NCBI RefSeq assembly: GCF_006345805.1
Contig: NC_042997.1
Location: forward strand, 21,638,001 to 21,702,000
Source: Octopus sinensis
Lineage: Eukaryota
Direction: 5' to 3'
Length of the DNA stretch: 64,000 nucleotides
Under the pieces are notes generated by a model. That model had not been told where the DNA came from. It saw only the letters and a list, made by a program, of their open reading frames with translations, and ran no database searches. How positions within the stretch are numbered: the first letter of the stretch is position 1; each line of letters starts with the position of its first letter. The position numbers and the translations under genes are program-made. This document shows, in pieces, positions 25,120 to 37,639 of this stretch.

Positions 25120-25724
25120 TCAGGCCATATCCCGTGGCCCCTACCTGGGACGTAGTCAGTCCACCTGTGCATACCTTCCTTCTTGTGACACTTGTGAAGA
25201 CCTGTTGAGGCAAGTGAAAATCAAACAAAATCAAAATAGATGAACATCAATGGAATTTGTATCTTTGTGGTACCAGTGCCGGTGGCACACAAGAAAACCA
25301 TCCGAACGTGGCCGTAGCCAGTACCACACCGACTGGCCTCCATGCTGTGGGCACGTAACAATCACCATCCAATCGTGGCCGACCGCCAGCCTAATCTGGC
25401 TCCTGTGTCGGTGGCACATAAAAAACACCATCTGAGCGTGGTCGTCTGCTAGCCTTGTCTGGCACCTGTGTCAGTGGCACATAAAAACACCATCCGAGCG
25501 TGGCCGTTCGCCAGCCTCGTCTGGCACCTGTGTCGGTGGCACATAAAATCACCCACTACACTCTCGGAGTGGTTGGCGTTAGGAAGGGCATCCAGCCATA
25601 GAAACACTGCCAGATCTGACTGGCCTGGTGCAGCCTTCGGGCTCCCCAGACACCAGTTGAACCGTCCAACCCATGCTAGCATGGAAAGCGGACGTTAAAT
25701 GATGATGATGATGATGATGATGAT
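24031..25724 (+). mobile_element. 5'-truncated RTE-clade LINE with 3' UTR and (GAT)n tail, inserted in (TA)n
   Basis: Open RT frame to 25119; the 3' UTR has about 65-70 bp internal repeats; ends GCGGACGTTAAAT(GAT)n; TA arrays on both sides. Confidence 0.92.
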
Positions 25725-25798
25725 ATATATATATACATATATATAAATCCCATTTTCTATATGTATCTGTATGCAAAATTTTTTAATTTTTACACCTA

Positions 25799-25868
<70 letters not shown>

Positions 25869-25871
25869 GTA

Positions 25872-26095
25872 TACTCTTTTACTCTCTTTTACTCTTTTAC
25901 TTGTTTCAGTCATTTGACTGCTGCCATACTGGAGCACCGCCTTTTTTTAGTCGAGCAAATCGATCCCGGGACTTATTTTTGTAAGCCCAGTACGTATTCT
26001 ATCGGTCTCTTTTGCCGAACCGCTAAGTGACGGGGACGTAAACACACCAGCATCGGTTGTCAAGCAATGCTAGGGGGACAAACACAGACACACAA

Positions 26096-26142
<47 letters not shown>

Positions 26143-26308
26143 TACGACAGGCTTCTTTTAGTTTCCGTCTACCAAATCCACTCACAAGGCATTGGTCGGC
26201 CCGGAGCTATAGCAGAAGACACTTGCCCAGGATGCCACGCAGTGGGACTGAACCCGGAACCATGTGGTTGGTTAGCAAGCTACTTACCACACAGCCACTC
26301 CTGCGCCT
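25872..26308 (-). mobile_element. tRNA-derived SINE family B, full length
   Basis: Head GGCGCAGGAGTGGCTGTGTGG, B-box-like GGTTCAGTCCC, internal microsatellite, (GTAAAAGA)n tail. Confidence 0.85.
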
Positions 26309-26339
26309 ATACATACATATATATATATATATATAAATG

Positions 26340-26392
<53 letters not shown>

Positions 26393-26619
26393 ATTAAGAT
26401 TCAGTTGAATTAGGTATTTAAGTTGAAGCACCAAGTCAGTCCAGTATTATCCGCACAGCTCGGAGTAATGTGAATAAAACCAAATAGGTAACAGGATATC
26501 AAGTAGTAATGCAACACGATTTTTTCATACAATGACATAGTTTTTGAAGACATAATGACTCAAATATATATTTTTTAACCTTCTAAAACAAGCCTTGTGT
26601 GGTTTTTTCACTTTTTACT

Positions 26620-26863
<244 letters not shown>

Positions 26864-27018
26864 CATCATCATCATCATCATCATTTAACGTCCGCTTTCC
26901 ATGCTAGCATGGGTTGGACGGTTCAACTGGGGTCTGGGGAGCCCGAAAGCTGCACCAGTCCAGTCAGATCTGGCAGTGTTTCTACAGCTGGATGCCCTTC
27001 CTAACGCCAACCACTCCG
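26864..27018 (-). mobile_element. 3' terminal fragment of the RTE family at 24031-25724
   Basis: Reverse complement matches about 25560-25724, including the (GAT)n tail. Confidence 0.85.
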
Positions 27019-27019
27019 A

Positions 27020-27054
27020 TATGTATATATATATATGTTATATATATGTATATA

Positions 27055-27101
<47 letters not shown>

Positions 27102-27337
27102 ATGTATAGATACATATATATATACACACACACACATATATATACATATATATATATACATATACATATATGTATAGATACATATATATACACGCACACA
27201 CACACACATATATATACATATATATATACATATATATATACATATATATATGTATAGATACATATATATACACACACACACATATATATACATATATATA
27301 TATACATATACATATATATGTATAGGTACATATATAT

Positions 27338-27389
<52 letters not shown>

Positions 27390-27400
27390 TATACATATAC
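27020..27400. repeat. Compound (TA)n/(CA)n/(CATA)n microsatellite
   Basis: Direct inspection. Confidence 0.95.
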
Positions 27401-27644
27401 CATCTTTATCTCTATTTGCTCTTATTACCAGGTTCCTTCACGTCTGTCTGTATTTATATATGTATATATTTATTTATTTATATTACCTCAACATCCAAAC
27501 TTCCTCATTCTACATTGAGAGAAGGACGAGATGGACGCTTCATTTTTATACTGTTGCCGCATTATGTCGTACGCGAATGAGAGGATTTGCATCCCCAACG
27601 TAGAATTTTTGATGCAATACATGTCCTTGAGGTAGTAGTTGTGC

Positions 27645-27722
27645 GCGGCTGAAGAAGGCCATAGACACACATTACGCATTGTTATAAATCTGTTTAATAA
27701 AGGCCCGAAACATATGTACCGC
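27645..27722 (+). ncRNA. Minimal type I hammerhead ribozyme motif
   Basis: Stem I GCGG/CCGC; CUGAAGA; stem II GGCC/GGCC with A.C at the base; GAAA; palindromic helix III ACAUAUGU; GUA cleavage triplet (cut after 27718). Confidence 0.75.
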
Positions 27723-27790
27723 TGAATCCTTGGCATCATGTTTTTATTTTGATTAATTTATATGCATACATATATATACATATACATATA

Positions 27791-29062
27791 CGAGCCTAAA
27801 AAAACAAAACATAGTATAAACTTCTGATGATTTATTTTTCAACATAGTCCCCTTTGATGGCTGAACACTTTTTCCAGCGGTGCTGAAGTGTCACTATCCC
27901 GGCGTAGAGGAACTCTTTTGTCTGAGACTCTAAGAAACTTCCTACAGTGTCTATGGCGTCATTGTCAGTGGCAATATGGCAACCAGCCAGGGCTTTTTTC
28001 ATATTTGGGAATAGATGAAAGTCAGAGCGGGCTAAGTCTGGCGAATAAGGCAGACGGGGAACAAGTTCGTATCCACAATCACGAATTGTTGCCATGGTAA
28101 CCACTGAGGTGTGGGCTGGAGCATTGTCGTGATAAAAAAGGACTCCTCTGGTGAGCATTCCTGGCCTTTTTTCTTTGAATGCTTCCTGGAGGCATTACAG
28201 TAGCTGAGAATAATACAACCCTGTCACGGTGTGACCCTTTTCAAGGTAATCGATCAGCAAGACACATTGAGAATCCAAAAAAGCTGATGCCATAACCTTG
28301 CCAGCTGAAGGAATGACTTGGCCTTCTTTGGGGGAGGAGAAGATGTGTGCTTCCATTGCTTTGATTGTTCTTTGTTTTCAGGCTGGTAGTGATGAACCCA
28401 ACTTTCGTCCATAGTAATAAAACTAGCAAGAAAATTCTCTTCATCGGCTTCAAATAGTCCCAGTTTACTCGTGGACAAAGTGCACTTGATGCGTTTCTGT
28501 TCAGGAGTCAAAAGGTGAGGGACCCACCTTGCAGAAATCTTTGAGAACCCAAGTTATTTTGTCACAATATTGTCTGCTCTTTCATTTGAGATGCCCAGTC
28601 TCTCAGCTATCTGGTTACATGATATTCGATGATCTTGCATTATCCTACCAAGAGCAAGGTCAATGTTGTCCTCGGTGGTTGCAGTTGGAGGCCTCCATGG
28701 TGTGGGATCATCTTCCACATTCTCCCTACCACGCTGCAATTCATTTACCCAGCGTTTGACTGTTGCATATGAAGGAGCATTGTCTGTTAAGGTTCTCACC
28801 ATATCTTCATGGATTTCTGATGGAGTCATGCCTTTCAAATGAAGGTACTTTATGACAGCACGATACTCAGTTTTCTCCAGTTTCCTTGTAACCTCGACAA
28901 TTGTTTATTCAAAAATCTGTAACAAAAAAAAAATCAAAATATCAGAATCATGAAAATGAGCAAGAATACTCCGAAAAGACTGTACTTACCTGAATAAAAT
29001 TGTTTCTGCTACCAAGCAACCCCGTTTCTAGGTTAGGCTCAAAACGTTTTATACACCTCTCG
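27791..29062 (-). mobile_element. Mariner (DD34D) transposon, frameshifted
   Basis: HTH piece 28554-28838, WVPH, MDESW, HDNA, YSPDLARSDFHLF; TA flanks; right end (T)ACGAGAGGTGTATAAAACGTTTTGAGCCTAA; left TIR internally deleted. Confidence 0.9.
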
Positions 29063-29088
29063 TATATACATATACATACATATATATA

Positions 29089-29126
<38 letters not shown>

Positions 29127-29155
29127 TATATATTATATATATATATATATATATA

Positions 29156-29640
29156 TTGGGTTGGCAACTAAGTTCCCGTTGTTTTTTTTTTTAAATTTAA
29201 ATTTTTTAAAGGGTTTAATAAAAAGAATAAAAACTAATTAATCAATAATGTATTCACCCTTGTTGTTTACAATTTCTCCCCAACTTTCAACAAGATTTTC
29301 AATACCTCGTTGGTAGAAATCATCCGATTTCGACTCGAAAAATTGATCCAACCAAGCTCTCAATTCTGCATCAGTATTGAACGAAACTTCGCGCATAGCA
29401 TTTGAAACAGATCAAAAGAGGTGGAAATCCGTTGGTGCCAAATCAGGAGAGTACGGCGGGTGTGGCAGCACTTCCCAGCCATGCGTTTGAATGGCTTCTT
29501 TGGTCATATTGGCGATATGAGGGTGGGCGTTGTCATGCAGCAGAAGAACCCCGTGCTGCCGATCTAGTCTTTTCCCTTGAATAGCTGTCTTGAGTCATTC
29601 CATCTGTTGAACATAGAGTTCCGTGTTGACTGTACGGCGG
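29156..29640 (-). mobile_element. Second mariner, 3' third with one TIR
   Basis: LLLHDNAHPH, HPPYSPDLAPTDFHLF, KGEYIID; TA then TTGGGTTGGCAACTAAGT terminus. Confidence 0.85.
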
Positions 29641-29672
29641 TTTTTCTTTATTCTACCTTAAGCTTTCTCTTA

Positions 29673-30377
29673 GGTTATATTATTTATTTTGGCTTTTCTC
29701 TAAGTAAGGGAGAATATAATGATTCAACGTCACTTATACTCAAGTATTATCATTATACCTAAAACCCTAACTACAGTTATAACGTCATATAGACATATAC
29801 GCATGAAACGCTATATTAATGACATGTATGTTGAATATTTTAATCGTGTCCTTTAAACCGCTATAAGAAAAACATAATCAAGGATTACAGAAATGCATAT
29901 TTATTTATGCTCAGTTGAAAAACAACCGTGAAGAGAAACATTTTCTTTTAATTAGTTTTTATTATATAAATATAACATTTTATATTATTTACAGTAGGAA
30001 AGAACTTTGTCGTGAAGAAGAACGACTATAAATTCATTAACTAATTTCTTCTTTTCTAACTAATAATTTAACCTACAAATCAAAATAGATTTGTGATTAA
30101 CTCTAGACATGGCATGAAAATTACCGATGTCTCAAAAGAGTGTCCAAACAACACTAAAGTTTTTTCCCAAATCCCAGGTTTTTATAACTGCTCAACTTGA
30201 CTTAAAAAGAATCGAAATCCATGACAAATATTCTTTTCGAAACTTATAGAATCTTTATATGAGCAGTTATATTAACCAATGAAAAAAAAACGAAAATGAT
30301 AATTCTTTGGCAAAGACATTACGTCATTTTGCCAATTCGCGCCACATTTCAAAATGACTAACATGGTTATTACTACA
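29673..30377 (-). mobile_element. 3' LTR of the Gypsy element
   Basis: Starts TGTAGTAATAAC on minus, preceded by the PPT-like GGCGAGAGGCTGA; homologous to 89-817. Confidence 0.85.
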
Positions 30378-30642
30378 TCAGCCTCTCGCCAGAAAAATTG
30401 TTAAAATTTTGCGAAAGGAAATTCGTAATACTTATTTTTTTTTATACAACTTTTGAATTAATGGTTACAACATTATATTATATATAATGCATTTATAATT
30501 TATATGTTAAACATATGAAATTAGCCTTTCCAATACGGCTTTATAATTATAATGTTCATATATAGTTCATGTCATTTCACTGGAAAAAAATTTTTTTTTA
30601 TATATATAATCCAGGAATACAAACAAAACTTTTTGAAAATCC

Positions 30643-33525
30643 TCAAACAAACTGAAAAAGTTTTTTTGGAAAATGTACAATTCTGCCACTTCTAGTCTTT
30701 TTCACATCTGTAGGTAATTTCAAAATTGACTTTGTTTTTCCATTAACATTGGATTTGTTTCTTTGAATATCACTTTGTTTCAAGTTATGTTGATATGTAT
30801 TGCTCATATCTTCATTTTCATGACATGAATGTTGGTCGAAATAAGCTTTTTTTACTCTGTCGACACTGACAATTTCTTTTTTACCATTCATCTCCAAAGT
30901 CATAGTTTTGTCTCTAACTGACAAGACTTTAAAAGGTCCGGTGTATTTATTTTTCAGTGAATTATGAGCAGCATCTTTACGTACAAATACATGTGTCCAA
31001 GAATTTCTATCAGAAGGAACAAAACTTTTAACATTTTGCAATTTTCTTGTAAAGGAAGGAATATCCGTAAGAAATCTCCTAAGACGAGTTACATAATCAT
31101 TAACATTTCCATTAAAAGAATTAGTTTCTTCGAACATTTGAGCAGGTAGAGTTAATGTTGTTCCGTACAAAAGTTCAGCAGGAGAATATTGTATATTTTC
31201 TTTAACAGCAGTTCTAATTCCTAACAATACCACTGTTAGAATCAGAATAAGTTCTTAATGATGATTTCAACTGCCTATGGAACCTTTCTATCATTCCGTT
31301 AGATTGTGGGTGATATGAAGTTGTACGAATTCTATTAATCCCCAACAATTTATTGAATTCTGCGAACAGGCTAGACTCAAATTGCCTACCACGATCTGTT
31401 GTCACTGTATTTGGTATGCCAAATTTAGACATCCAATTGGTAAATAAAGTTTTCGCTATAGTTACTGCAGATACGTCCTTTATCGGATAAGCCTCCGGCC
31501 ATCTCGAAAAACGATCTATACACGTCAACAAATATATATTATCCTCACATGGAGTTAAGGGTCAACTATATCGATGTGGATATGTTGGAATCGCGCATCT
31601 GGATTTGCAAATGTACCTAATGGTGCTTTGATATGACGCTGTACTTTGGATTTTTGACACTGCATACATGACTTGACCCAGGAACGAACATCTTTATTCA
31701 TACCAGGCCAAACAAAACGACTTGATATCAACTTCAATGAAGCTTCTATACCTGGATGAGATAAATTATGTAAGCTAGAAAAAACATTTTTTCTATGCTT
31801 TTCAGGCACAAATGGTCTCGAAAAACCTGTAGAAATATCACACCAAATATGTGAATTACACGAATGGATCGGCAACATTTTAAATTTTAAAGAAGTTGAA
31901 TTGGAATTTTTATATAAAGAAAATTCTTTATCTGCAACTTGATCCTTAGACATTTCTTCCAAATTTATAGTGTTTAATGAATTTAATGCATCTACATTCA
32001 TTCTAGAAAGTGCATTTGCTGCTGAATTTTCAACACCCTTGATATAACGTATATCCACAGTAAATTGTGAAATAACATCAAGGTGTCTAATTTCTCTAGG
32101 AGAATATTTCTCCGAAGAACTTTTTAATGCATATGTTAACGGTTTATGGTCAGTGAATAAAGTAAATGACCTACCTTCAAGAAGATGTCTGAAGTGTTTA
32201 ATTGACAAATAAGCTGCCAACATATCTCTGCCGAAAACACTGTATTTAGTTTCTGGTGCTTTGAATTTTTTTGAAAAAAATGCTAATGGTTGGCAGGAAT
32301 TACAACGAAATTGCTGCAGAACGCCACCGATTCCAACATCGGAAGCATCAACTTTTTCTGGTAATGGTCGAATTCCATCTTTATCTATAAGATGACCCAG
32401 AAAAGATATAGTGGGTTCACCAAAAACACACTTCGATGGATTTATCACAATGCCAAAATTCGTCAATCTTTCGAAAATTTTTTTAAAATGTTCTTCATGT
32501 GTTTCTTCTGATGGACTAGCAATGAGAATATCATCTATATAAGCAAATACGAAAGGTAAATTTCTTGTTACTTCGTCCATAAATCTTTGGAAAGTGTTTG
32601 CTGCGTTCCTCAATCCGAAAGGCATGCGAAGAAATTCAAATAAACCAAATGGAGTGGTAATCGCTGTCTTCGGTATATCATTTTCTGCAACAGGAATTTG
32701 ATTGTATGCTCTGACTAAATCAATTTTTGAAAAAATATTACAACCGCTCAAAGAAGTTGCAAAGTCCATAATGTGGGGTATCGGATATTTGTCTGCTTTT
32801 GTTTTTGCATTAAGTTGCCTGAAGTCTCCACAAGGTCGCCAGTCTATAAGATTTTTCTTTACCATAACTAATGGTGTTGACCAGCTACTACTGGAAGGAC
32901 GGATTATACCGAGATCCATCATATGACGAAATTCTGCCTTAGCCACCTTCATTTTTTCAGGAGATAATCTTCTCGGCTTAGAAAAACTTGGTGGTCCTTG
33001 TGTGACGATGTGATGTTCTACCGAATGCACACACTTGGTATTTGGAGCTAACTGTTTCGTGATATTCGGATAATTCTTCAAAATCCTGTGATATCTATTT
33101 TCCGAGGATGCTATGAAATACAATGGACTAACTGTGCTTTTTCTAAATCTCATTCCTTGAATTTTTAATGAAGTTTCTGTGTCTATCAATTTTTGTTTTT
33201 TAACATCTACCATTAAATGATAGTGTGCCAAAAAATTTGCTCCTAATATTGGATATGGTAAATCTGCTACTATGAAGATCCATTTATACTCTCTTTTTAA
33301 ATTTATATCTAGAGTTAAGCTAATCTCTCCAAATATTTGGATTTCAGATTGATTAACTGCTTGAAGAGTCAAATATACAGGTTTGGTTTTTTGTTTTAAA
33401 AGCTTTACAGGCCAAATTGAACAAGCTGCTCCTGTATCAACTAAAAACCTTTCTTTCGAATCTAAGTCATAGATGAAAAATACGCGACTCTTTATGATGT
33501 TATCCACATATTTCGTCGCATTCAA
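30643..33525 (-). pseudogene. Gypsy pol (protease, RT, RNase H, integrase) with frameshifts and an in-frame deletion
   Basis: [38 protein letters not shown]...C..C zinc finger, HIDIV, TDRGRQFES, GMIERFHRQLK. Confidence 0.92.
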
Positions 33526-34224
33526 TCTGCGGTTCAGAAGTTTCCCGAATTTTTCTTTTTTGTGTTTAGGAAATCAAATGCACAAGGTTTAATACATTTG
33601 AATGATTTGTCTCCAAATTTTGCATGGTACCAACATATGGCGTTTCTCTTGAAGCTTGGGCTCCTTGATCTCCTGCGCCATCTTGTATTATTTCGTTGAA
33701 AAGAGGTTTAAACTTTCGAGGTTTAAACTTTCGAGGTTTAAACTTTCTATTTTTTTTTGTTAATAACTCAAATTGTTTTTCGTAACAATTTTTTAACTCC
33801 TGTATTTCATTTGAAATAGATGGAATTGCATTCACAGATTCTTTTGACGATAATTACAGAATACTGTCTGCTAAATCTGCCAACTGTTGAATGAAGGTTC
33901 GGTTTTTAACGGCCGAAAGCAAAGTTTTATATGGCAATTTAGTGAAAAACACTTCTTTGAGATGAGATTCTTCTATCTGCTGTCCTCCCAGAAGTTCATT
34001 CATCCTTCGCAGAAGTTGTGTGATTTTTTTCTCCCAATTCTTCATGGTTAAATAAGTTCGCAAATTCTTTTTGTTTCGAATTTGATGTTCGTTTCAATAT
34101 TTCCTCTTTAATGGAAGAATACGAAACTAGTTCGAGAGGGGTTAGTAGCAAATCTCTAATTTCCTTACTTAGAGGTGGAGGTAAATTGCTAAGCATTATA
34201 TTGTATTTCTGTTCTTCATTTGTA

Positions 34225-35552
34225 AACTTTTCGAAAATTTTTGGGGAAAATTTTCTCCAAAAATTTTTAGGAAATTTTCACCGAATACTTTCAACAAAAA
34301 TTTTTCGAAAATTTTCACCGAAAACTTTCCCCAAAAATTTTTCGAAAATTTTTAACGAAAATTTTACGCAAAAATTTTTCGAAAATTTTCATCGAAAATT
34401 TTCCACGAAAATTTTTTGAAAATTTTCACCGAAAATTTTCCCCAAAAATTTTTCGGAAATTTTTGAAAATTTTGACCTTTCTCCAAAAATTTTTGGAAAA
34501 CTTGCTCCAAAAATTTTTCGAAAATTTTCACCGAAAATTTTCCCCAAAAATTTTTCGAAAATTTTCAACGAAAATTCTCCCCAAAAGTTTTTTGAAAATT
34601 TTCACTGAAAATTTTCCCAAAAATTTTTCCAAAATTTTCATCGAAAATTTTCACTGAAAATTTTACCAAAAAATTTTTTGAAAATTTTCACGGAAAATTT
34701 TCTCCAAAAATTTTTCGAAAATTTTCACCGAAAACTTTCCCCAAAAAGTTTTGGAAAATTTTCACCGAAAATTTTTCCCAAAAAACATTGATTTTTCGAA
34801 AATTTTTGCCATACTTTGTGATTTTGGCACCGCTGGCCTTCCATACTTTGTGATTTTGGCACCGCTGGCCTTCCATACTTTTTACCTAAAAATTTTTACG
34901 AAAATTTTCACCGAAAATTTTCCCTGAAAATTTAACCAAAATATTTTTCGAAAATTTTGGGGGAAAATTTTCTCCAAAAATTTTTAGAAAATTTTCACCG
35001 AAAACTTTTCCCAAAAATTTTTCGAAAAATTTCACCGAAAATTTTACCCAAAAAATTTCGAAAAATCACAAAGTATTTTTCTCCAAAAATTTTTGCCAAA
35101 AAATACTTTGTGATTTTTATAAAATTTTTACGCAAAAAAAGTATGGCCCTCCATACTTTGTGATTTTGGTGCCGCTGGCCTTCCATACTTTTTCCAAAAT
35201 TTTCAACGAAAATTTTCCCCAAAATTTTTGGAAAATTTTCACCGAAAATTTTCCACAAAAATTTTTTAAAAATTTTCACCGAATATTTTCCACAAAAAAT
35301 TTTTCGAAAATTTTCACCGAAAATTTTGTCCAAAAATTTTTAGAAAATTTTCACCGAAAACTTTCCCCAAAATTTTTTTGAAAATTTCAAGGAAAATTTT
35401 CCCCAAAAACTTTTCGCAAAAGATACTTTGTGATTTTCGAAAATTTTTGCCATACTTTGTTATTTTGGCACCGCTGGCTTTCCATACTTTGTGATTTGGC
35501 ACCGCTGGCCTTCCATACTTTGTGATTTTGGCACCGCTGGCCTTCCATACTT
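34225..35552. repeat. Composite minisatellite: about 36-37 bp AAAATTTT-based unit interleaved with a 32-bp unit
   Basis: Unit 1 about AAAATTTTCACCGAAAATTTTCCCCAAAAATTTTTCG. Unit 2 CCATACTTTGTGATTTTGGCACCGCTGGCCTT at about 34809-34880, 35150-35190 and 35450-35550. Confidence 0.9.
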
Positions 35553-35686
35553 TTTTGCCGATAACACTCCCCGGACCCTAAGTAAGGCATGTGTAAAATT
35601 TGAATGAAATTGGTTGTATAGTTCTCAAGTTTTAGGGAAACACACAGACAGACAGACACACATTCTCAGTTTTATATATATAAAGA
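35553..35686 (-). mobile_element. Helitron-like (Lep1-type) non-autonomous 5' end
   Basis: Host A then TCTTTATATATATAAAACTGAGAATGTGTGTCTGTCTG...AACCAATTTCATTCAAATTTTACAC, the TC start plus microsatellite architecture known from Lep1-type Helitrons. No CTRR 3' end seen. Confidence 0.6.
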
Positions 35687-35689
35687 TTA

Positions 35690-36158
35690 GTTTCGAATGT
35701 ACTTAACTGTGCGGGTGATGCTATGCACGCATGATACCCTTAGATCTAATCTATTGTTAATAAGGTTGTTCTTGTCTCTGTACTTAAAAATCTCGTAAAT
35801 TTCCATAGAACAAACTCACACCCACATGTACTATCTCTGTAAGGCTGCGCCCTCTGTATTATAACCCAACTAGTTCCGCTTTCCTTAAGTTCCCAGATCT
35901 TACTAAAGACGTACTATTAGCTTTATGTCTAAGCCTAAACGATGAAAGATGTTTATTAATGCGATTATCTTTTTTCATGTTTATGAAACACCCAATATAG
36001 ATAAAACTACCAGTTTTAGTAACAATTGTACATCTGTAAACTGCGTTTTAGATTAAACAGCGACCCAATAATGGGCAATGGGATTTTACACTACAATTGC
36101 AACCGGGAGCATTACTGCTACTAATACTATTAATATTCATATCATTGTTATTATTATG

Positions 36159-36224
<66 letters not shown>

Positions 36225-36258
36225 CTTATTATTATTACTACTACTACTACTGCTGCTG

Positions 36259-36291
<33 letters not shown>

Positions 36292-37600
36292 TAATTATTA
36301 TTATCGGCATTATTATTACTGTTATCATTACTACTTCCTTCCGCTATAGCATCATTTAAGTTCATTGTAGCACCTCCAGGTACTGCGTGAATAATATCTG
36401 GGCTAGTATAAATATCGGAGTCCCAGTTTATGTTATACATATTAGATATATTAGTCCTATTGTTCCAGATTCCCACATATTCATTATTATTAACATAATT
36501 TCAGTGGTTCAAATCATTATTAACAATACTAGTATTATCATTAATTTCTCTTGCTAATTTTATATTCCTTCTATTAAACCAGGCTATGATGGCACCTATA
36601 TTGGGAACGATAGAATATGAGATTCTGATTGTCTTATGGGAAAATATTTCATTATATCTATGGGATGCAGGGTAGCTTTTATCTAAAATTGCCATAAATT
36701 TATTATATTTGCAGGTAGATATAGTAGATATAGCAAAGTTGAAAGGAGCATTTTACCAGGCTATATTACTCTTTCCAGACTTCTTATGTATATTAGGGCG
36801 GAATCTATCTATTTTTCTTCCGCCCTCTAAAGTCACAATTTGATTATTAGGTATGGTACAATATTGGTATTTATCTTATCATCAGAGGGTGACATAATCT
36901 ACTCAATCGTCCCCCTACAATTATTATATAAACTATTAATCTTACTGACCTTAGAGTCTATTTTCCTATAATTATCTATCTTATTTATTAAATAGGAGTG
37001 CTGGATGCTTTCACAGTAGGTCTACTACCGAGGTGATGGTAGGTGGTCTTCCCCTTTCTGATCTTGTATGGTAGAATCTACTTCGGTCATGGTTGTCTAG
37101 GGAGTTATGGTCATAGGTTAGTTTTAGGAGGAGGCCCAGTTCCTTTGTGTTGACTTCGCGGAAATCTACTTCACTCTCACAGATAATCTCAGTAGATATC
37201 TCCACAGCAAGATGGGCAGTGTGAAACCATATCCATGCGACCTACTACACAACCTGCAAAGTCGTTGGAGTGGTTGGCATGATAGATTATAGTTGCTGGA
37301 GATATTCAGCCCGCAAACTGGTCTGGTAGAGGGCCTTATAACAAGGTCTACATAGAGTTTATGGTCCTTCCATAACCGTGTACAGTATAGGAACGTCGTT
37401 GTTGAATGCTTGGAAATTTTGTGTGGTCTGTTTTTGTGGGTTGGTGTATTCCCATGTGCGTGTTGAGAGGTTCTTCTACTTTTTCAAAGCAAATATATGG
37501 TTATAAATCAGCTGGCTACGATGTGGTTCTGGGAGTAGTGAGTGTGCTTTAGATGTATGCGTTTGTTTATAGTTACCAATATAAAGAAATTATTTTTTGT
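35690..37600 (-). mobile_element. Penelope-like element remnant (RT pieces, linker, GIY-YIG endonuclease)
   Basis: LWKDHK...PSTRPVCG, VVGRMDMVS, VNTKELG, NIAW*NAPF, IFSHKTIRISYS.VPNI, CNCSVKSHCPLLGRC, VYRCTI...FIYIG, AQPY. Central RT motifs B/C are apparently deleted. Confidence 0.78.
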
Positions 37601-37639
37601 AACAATGAGGAATACAGAAAGATCTTAAAATGTACACAT

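Larger units (their letters stand above)
29673..34225 (-). mobile_element. Gypsy/Ty3 LTR retrotransposon lacking the 5' LTR and gag N-terminus
   Basis: gag fragments 33854-34225, then PR-RT-RH-INT order, PPT and 3' LTR. Confidence 0.92.

Noticed and set aside
34809-35552. Recurrent 32-bp unit separated by other sequence, superficially CRISPR-like
   Set aside because: The units are mostly directly tandem, the intervening DNA is itself satellite, there are no cas genes, and the context is eukaryotic.
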